A stretch of DNA of 62,209 nucleotides, counting the filler. It is 13 parts of 13 records of this genome, joined end to end, with 100 filler letters (N's around TTAATTAATTAA, not from the genome) between each part and the next. Parts side by side here need not be neighbours in the genome. Positions count along the whole stretch, not along the records: positions 57,161 to 62,209 come from SRR15195285_6549; 12 more parts are not named here. One strand, given 5' to 3'. Shown one piece after another: positions 57,448-62,209 of the stretch. Position 1 is the first letter of the stretch, and each line of letters opens with the position of its first letter. The position numbers and the translations under genes were made by a program. The notes below the pieces were generated by a model. That model searched no databases. It was not told the origin of the DNA and was given only the letters and a program-made list of their open reading frames with translations.

Positions 57448-60400
57448 ATGAAGGTGAGGATGATAGCGGTGGCGGCGCTTTGCGGGGTGGGCATGGCGCA
57501 GGGGGACGTCCTGCCGGCAGTGGAGAACCTCCGGGTAGAGTACTTCAGCAATCCGCTCGCGGTGGGCTCGGCCACGCCACGCTTCTCCTGGGAGCTGCCA
57601 GCGGGGCTGCCGCGCGGCGTGGGACAGATGAACTACCAGGTCACTGTGATCCGCCCGTACACCGACTTTGCTCCCCTTTGGAACTCTGGGGTCGTGGATT
57701 CTGATGCGACTCACGGCATTGTCTGCAACCACACGCTAGCAGCGAACGCGATGTACCAAGTGATCGTTCGGTGGCAGTCGACCGACGGCAAGCACTCAGA
57801 GGCGGCGTACGCCGCGTTCGGGGTAGGGCCAATGAACGCGAAGGACTGGGCCGGAGCGCAATGGATTGGTAGTGAGTCGCAGCGGCAGATCCGCGCGAGC
57901 TTCACGCTGAACGAAACACACAGCGACATCCTGTACGCTATCTTGCACGTTGCCGCGCCCGGCTGTGCGGTTGTGACAGTGAACGGCAAGGCAGTCGACC
58001 CAGGCGTAGGCATTTGCACATGGACTCAGTTCCAGCACACCGTGCTATACTCGTCGCTGGACGTATCATCTGCACTCGTTGCGGGGGAAAACGTCATTGG
58101 TCTGCTTCTTGGCCACAGTGTCTTCGGGGACAGCAAGGGTGCAGAATCCGAGCCCACCATCATGGTCAAGCTGAATGTGGCTGCCAAACCTCACCCCGCA
58201 CCGCCAGGTGCACACGCACATCTGTATACCGTCGTCTCCAAAGGCGCCGATCCGCTTCCGCCAGCTCCCGCGCCACCAGGACCAGGGCCACAGCCTAAGG
58301 GCGGGTGTGGTGGATACGCGGCTGGCGGCACCTGCCTCTGCGCGATCGTGGATGAGCATCAGAACGTCACGCTTGGATGCGCTGCTGGAACCAAAATTAG
58401 CGCCGTCGCATTCGCTTCGTTCGGTACCCCCAGTGGCACTTGCGACGGTGGAGTAGATCCGAGTGGTGACACTTTCAAAAGGAATGTCAAATGCGATGCG
58501 CCGGACGCGCTGACCGAGGTAGAAAAGGCTTGCGTTGGAAAGGAATCTTGCACCCTGATGCCCACGTGCGGCCATCAAGGAGCGCATGGGACGAAAGACT
58601 GCGAGCTGCTTGCCGACAGTGAAGACGGTGGTGCCGTGCCAGACCCGTGCAGGATGGTGCCGAAGCATCTGAGTGTCGCGATTGAATGTGGCGATGAAAT
58701 CGCTATCCCACCACCCGGCAGTGGAGGCGAAATCACAGAGACTGTCGTTGATGCCAAGTGGCATGCGACCGAGTCCTACATCATTTCGGATGATCCGTGG
58801 AACGGTTGCATCACTGACTGGTCCAAGGCAGCCAGCACAGCGGGCTGGGATACCGTGGGCTTTCCAGAAGATAAGCTTGAGGACTGGAGCCCTGTGGCCA
58901 GGTCTGCTACTCTGCTAGTTTCGCAACTACCGACTCCACGGGTGTCGGCTATCCCACCGACCGCTGTCATACGCACGCTCTCACCAGTTGCTGTCGACAA
59001 GCTTGCAAATGGAGACTTCGTGTACACTTTTCCGGAGAATTTCGTTGGCGTTGCGCAGGTGCAACCAGGCCATTTGACAGGGAGGGCAGGCAATTTGACG
59101 CTCCAGCACTCAGAAATGCGAAAGAACGGCACGCACCCAGGTTTCAACCAAGACCCAAAGGCACCGATTGATCAGGACTGGTCGTGGAATGAACAAAAAG
59201 ACACCCATGTCTTTGGTTCAACAGAGTCGTCAGATGAGTTTGAAAAGGCCCTCACTCCAATCTTTACTTGGCACGGTGGGCAGTTCGTACAGGTGCACGC
59301 GGACGGTGTCACTTTCAGTGGCAGGCTGGATGCTTTGGTGGGTCTCGTCATTCATTCAAATTTGACTCAGACCGGCAGCCTAGAGTTTGGAGGCGGAGAT
59401 GAGGCTGAAGCGCTCAACAAGTTGCAAGGAATCATTCTGAATAGCCAGACAAGCAATGTCGCTGCAGGAACTCCGACAGACTGTCCAGTACGCCATGACA
59501 GGCTGCTTCGTTCTGTTGTGTCGTATCGCGCAGTCGTTTCTCATACGGTTTTGCCCACCTGCGTGGATGTAGACACGAGAAAAACATGGCTGGCTCGGAG
59601 ATGCGCAAGTAACCGCTGAAGAAGCAATGCAGAACTTCGACATGGTCTCGGTGTATGAAGAATTTCTTGTAAGTCCTGTCGTCAACATGTGTATTGCCAC
59701 GGTTAGTGTGTGCTGCTGCTGATAGCGCGTTGTCTCGGCAGAATATGATCCAGGATACACAGCATCCAGGTGATGGCGACGTGGCGCCAGTCGCACCGGT
59801 TGCGGTGAGTAGTACTGCTGTGGGACTGCCAGTACTGAAATCTCCTATAATTCTGGTACCATGCATCCATGGCAGGTAAAATTCAAGAAAGGTCCTGACA
59901 AGCACGAGCTGCTTAAGGTAGGCAGCCGCATGCCACGTCTGGGCAAGGGGGCGATGGCAGACCTATCGTGGACAGCCGCTTTCCCATTAATTACCAGTTG
60001 GCTCTACAAATACTACGCCGATACTTACCCGATCATGAAACACTGGGATAGTTTGAAAAAGTATATGGATGGCGTGCATGACCAAGCTTCGAAGGATCCA
60101 GGTGGGTTGCCTGCATTTTGGACGTGGGGTGACTGGTGTGCTGTAGAGGCGAGGGCCATTGCAACGCCTGCTACTGGTCCAGAGCTCGCCGCTTTCAACT
60201 ATATTCTTGGGCTCGATGCGATGGTAACGATGGCGGACGCAGTTGGCGAAAAGGAAGACGCCGAAAAATACAAATCTCTTGGCACCAGCATGCGCGTGGC
60301 TTTCAAGGAGGCATTTTATAACGCGACTCTTGATCGCTACGCTCCACGAGGCAACGAAGCTGATAACGAGCTGCTTTTACAGAGTCTCAATGTCGCGCCG

Positions 60401-61132
60401 TTGGCCATGGCTGGCTCTCGCCCAGATGTGGCGGATTCGCTGGGTGTTGACGGCTTGGCCACTAAGCTACATGAAAATATTGTCAAGCAAGACTATCACC
60501 TGACTGTGGGCTCTGTAGGAGCCAAACATCTTCTGCCCCAGCTCTCGGCCAATGGGCTACACGAAGATGCGATGAAAATCGCGACCCAACAGACCTACCC
60601 GAGCTACGGGTGGTGGATCGCCAACGGCGCTACGACGTGCTGGGAGAACTATGAGGGTTGGCCCGACCCAGAGCACCCGCCTACCCCAACGCACAATCAC
60701 ATATTTCTGTGTGGCGGTGCTGGCGAGTGGATGTATCGAAGCGTCCTCGGAATCGAACCTGCCTCGGCTGGCTGGAAGAAAATCACAGTGGCGCCTCACA
60801 TTCTTGCTGATGGCCCCGCCAGCGCAACAGGCTCGATGGCAACAATTCGTGGAAAGGTCTCAGTCGCGTGGACACGCGCCGATTCGACAGGACAACGCGC
60901 TGCAACTCCTGCGGTCTCTAAGCTCGCGGTGACGATCCCAGCTGGAGCCACAGCAACAGTGACCATTCCATGCGACGAGACTAGCCAGACGACCATTACC
61001 GAATCGGGCAAAACGGTGTGGACAAATGGCAAATTTGTCGATGGTGTTACGGGCGTGGGTGAGTCAAAGGAACAAGTCCTGGATGGTGTGACGTTCGAAG
61101 TCGAGTCTGGGAGCTACTCCTTCGCTCAATGA
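57448..61132 (+). CDS. Secreted alpha-L-rhamnosidase (GH78) with inserted SUEL/Gal-binding lectin domain; about 4 exons
   Basis: Signal MKVRMIAVAALCGVGMA; LRVEY..PRFSW; FTWHGGQFVQV; PTDCP/TREKHGWLGD; WGDW; PSYGWW..GATTCWE; THNHIF. Lectin FASFGTPSGTC..CVGKESC..DPC..PKHLSV at about 58345-58690. Confidence 0.92.
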
Positions 61133-62060
61133 CCTGTGTTGATATCGCAGCTGGATAATTATCGGCATCGGCGTTGGCCGTAGCAACACAATTGGCAGTC
61201 CCAGTACTCTCCTGTGCGGCCGATGACTGCATATAGTAGTATGCAGCTTTTATGATAGTCACTGGTCACAAGAAATCTTAAGCCTAACGACTACCAGTAC
61301 ATACGTATGAGCTGCTAGTAGCATCGAAAATTCATTACCGTGGTATCACAAGCTAGTCACGAGTCAGTCAAGACGTTCAAGGTGCGAAGGCACTTCGCTT
61401 TGTGACGAGGCTGTTTCCCACGCAAGCGGTGTCACAACGGGGGTAGATAGAGCGCCGCCCGAAACCCTCACTGTGAGAGTTTCTGGGAGAGTTTCAGGCG
61501 ACGTGATTTACTGGTGCCACTGCCTGCCCAGCCGTGGCGCCACCGGGGCAGGTTGGCGCCGTCTGTGGCGGTTCCCGCTGTCCGAAGCGGAAACCGCCTT
61601 TGGTTTCGCCAACGAGCTACGTGGGCTTTGTGCGTTCCCAAGAAGCGCCAATATTGTCACGACGGCACATCCTACTGCATAGTTACTAACATGAATTCCC
61701 ACAGTGTTCAAATTCCAAATTCTGTATAATCGCACGCTGCTCATATAGAAAGGGTATGATTGTCACAGGAGGACTAAACCCTCCTGTTCTATGGAACGCC
61801 ACCCACTGAAGCTAAGTCGCCGACAACTGCAAAGCTGTAGAATCACCTCAAGACAAGCCAACTCGATCCACAAAAAGGACCTAGAGGGGAGAGATACGTT
61901 TCCGCTGTCTGAGTGAGAAGTTTTGACCAAGTGTTCCCGCCAGCGAACGAAGCAACGCCAACGCAACTACTCGACACGGACGTATCTTACCCGTATGGGT
62001 CACCACGTCCTCAGCGACGACGCACGCCTGCGTGAAGGACATCGGGAACTTGTTTGCCCT

Positions 62061-62195
62061 AGGACACTTGGAGAAAGGGCAATAGGACACTTGTTTGGGT
62101 GGTAGCGGACACTTTTACGGTCGGTCCCGAAACGGACACATTAACGGTCCGACCCCCCACAACGGTCAACGGACACTTTTAACGGTCCGATTTCA
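62061..62195. repeat. Degenerate tandem repeats (ACGGACACTTTTAACGGTCCGA-like), probable TE subterminal array
   Basis: GGACAC core at about 62062, 62085, 62107, 62134 and 62171; three longer copies extend with (A)ACGGTC. Confidence 0.6.
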
Positions 62196-62209
62196 GTCCA
62201 CATAAGACA

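Noticed and set aside
361-59875. Introner elements
   Set aside because: I found no sequence similarity among introns beyond splice signals; a by-eye comparison could miss divergent families.
233-61132. A carbohydrate-utilisation gene cluster or operon
   Set aside because: The CAZyme genes are on different contigs; their order in the window is artificial.
62061-62195. CRISPR array
   Set aside because: Units are degenerate with short irregular gaps, there are no cas genes, and the context is eukaryotic.

Overview
This is not one locus. It is 13 short contigs (about 3.5-7 kb each) from a GC-rich, intron-containing eukaryote, most likely a protist MAG, joined by 12 artificial 100-nt N-TTAATTAATTAA-N linkers, so adjacency across linkers carries no information. 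Genes are compact, with short spliceosomal introns (donors mostly GTGCG/GTACG, one GC-AG). I reconstructed about 25 genes by splicing by eye. Housekeeping and trafficking: transaldolase, a divergent VPS28, a Tudor-ARL-TPR GTPase, a DHHC palmitoyltransferase, a tepsin-like protein, PRP38B-Tudor head-to-head with CWC27, an F-box protein and two coiled-coil proteins. Sugar metabolism: GH116 with two PAN modules, GH78 with a SUEL lectin, GH20, DUF5054/GH38-like with a trefoil, a GT41 O-GlcNAc-transferase-like protein, a ROK kinase, a tandem SIS-like protein and an uncharacterised secreted propeller+toroid protein. There is also a DIRS-like retrotransposon fragment abutting a PH-domain pseudogene. 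Best novelty candidates: (1) a 9-TM protein fusing two tetraspanin-like modules to two Cu-only-SOD-like domains; (2) the ARL GTPase with Lys at the catalytic Gln position, flanked by Tudor and TPR modules; (3) the uncharacterised secreted toroid enzyme; (4) a recurrent upstream TACATGTA palindrome and shared contig-end repeats. All domain calls come from motif recognition; no searches were run, and the taxon cannot be determined from this window.
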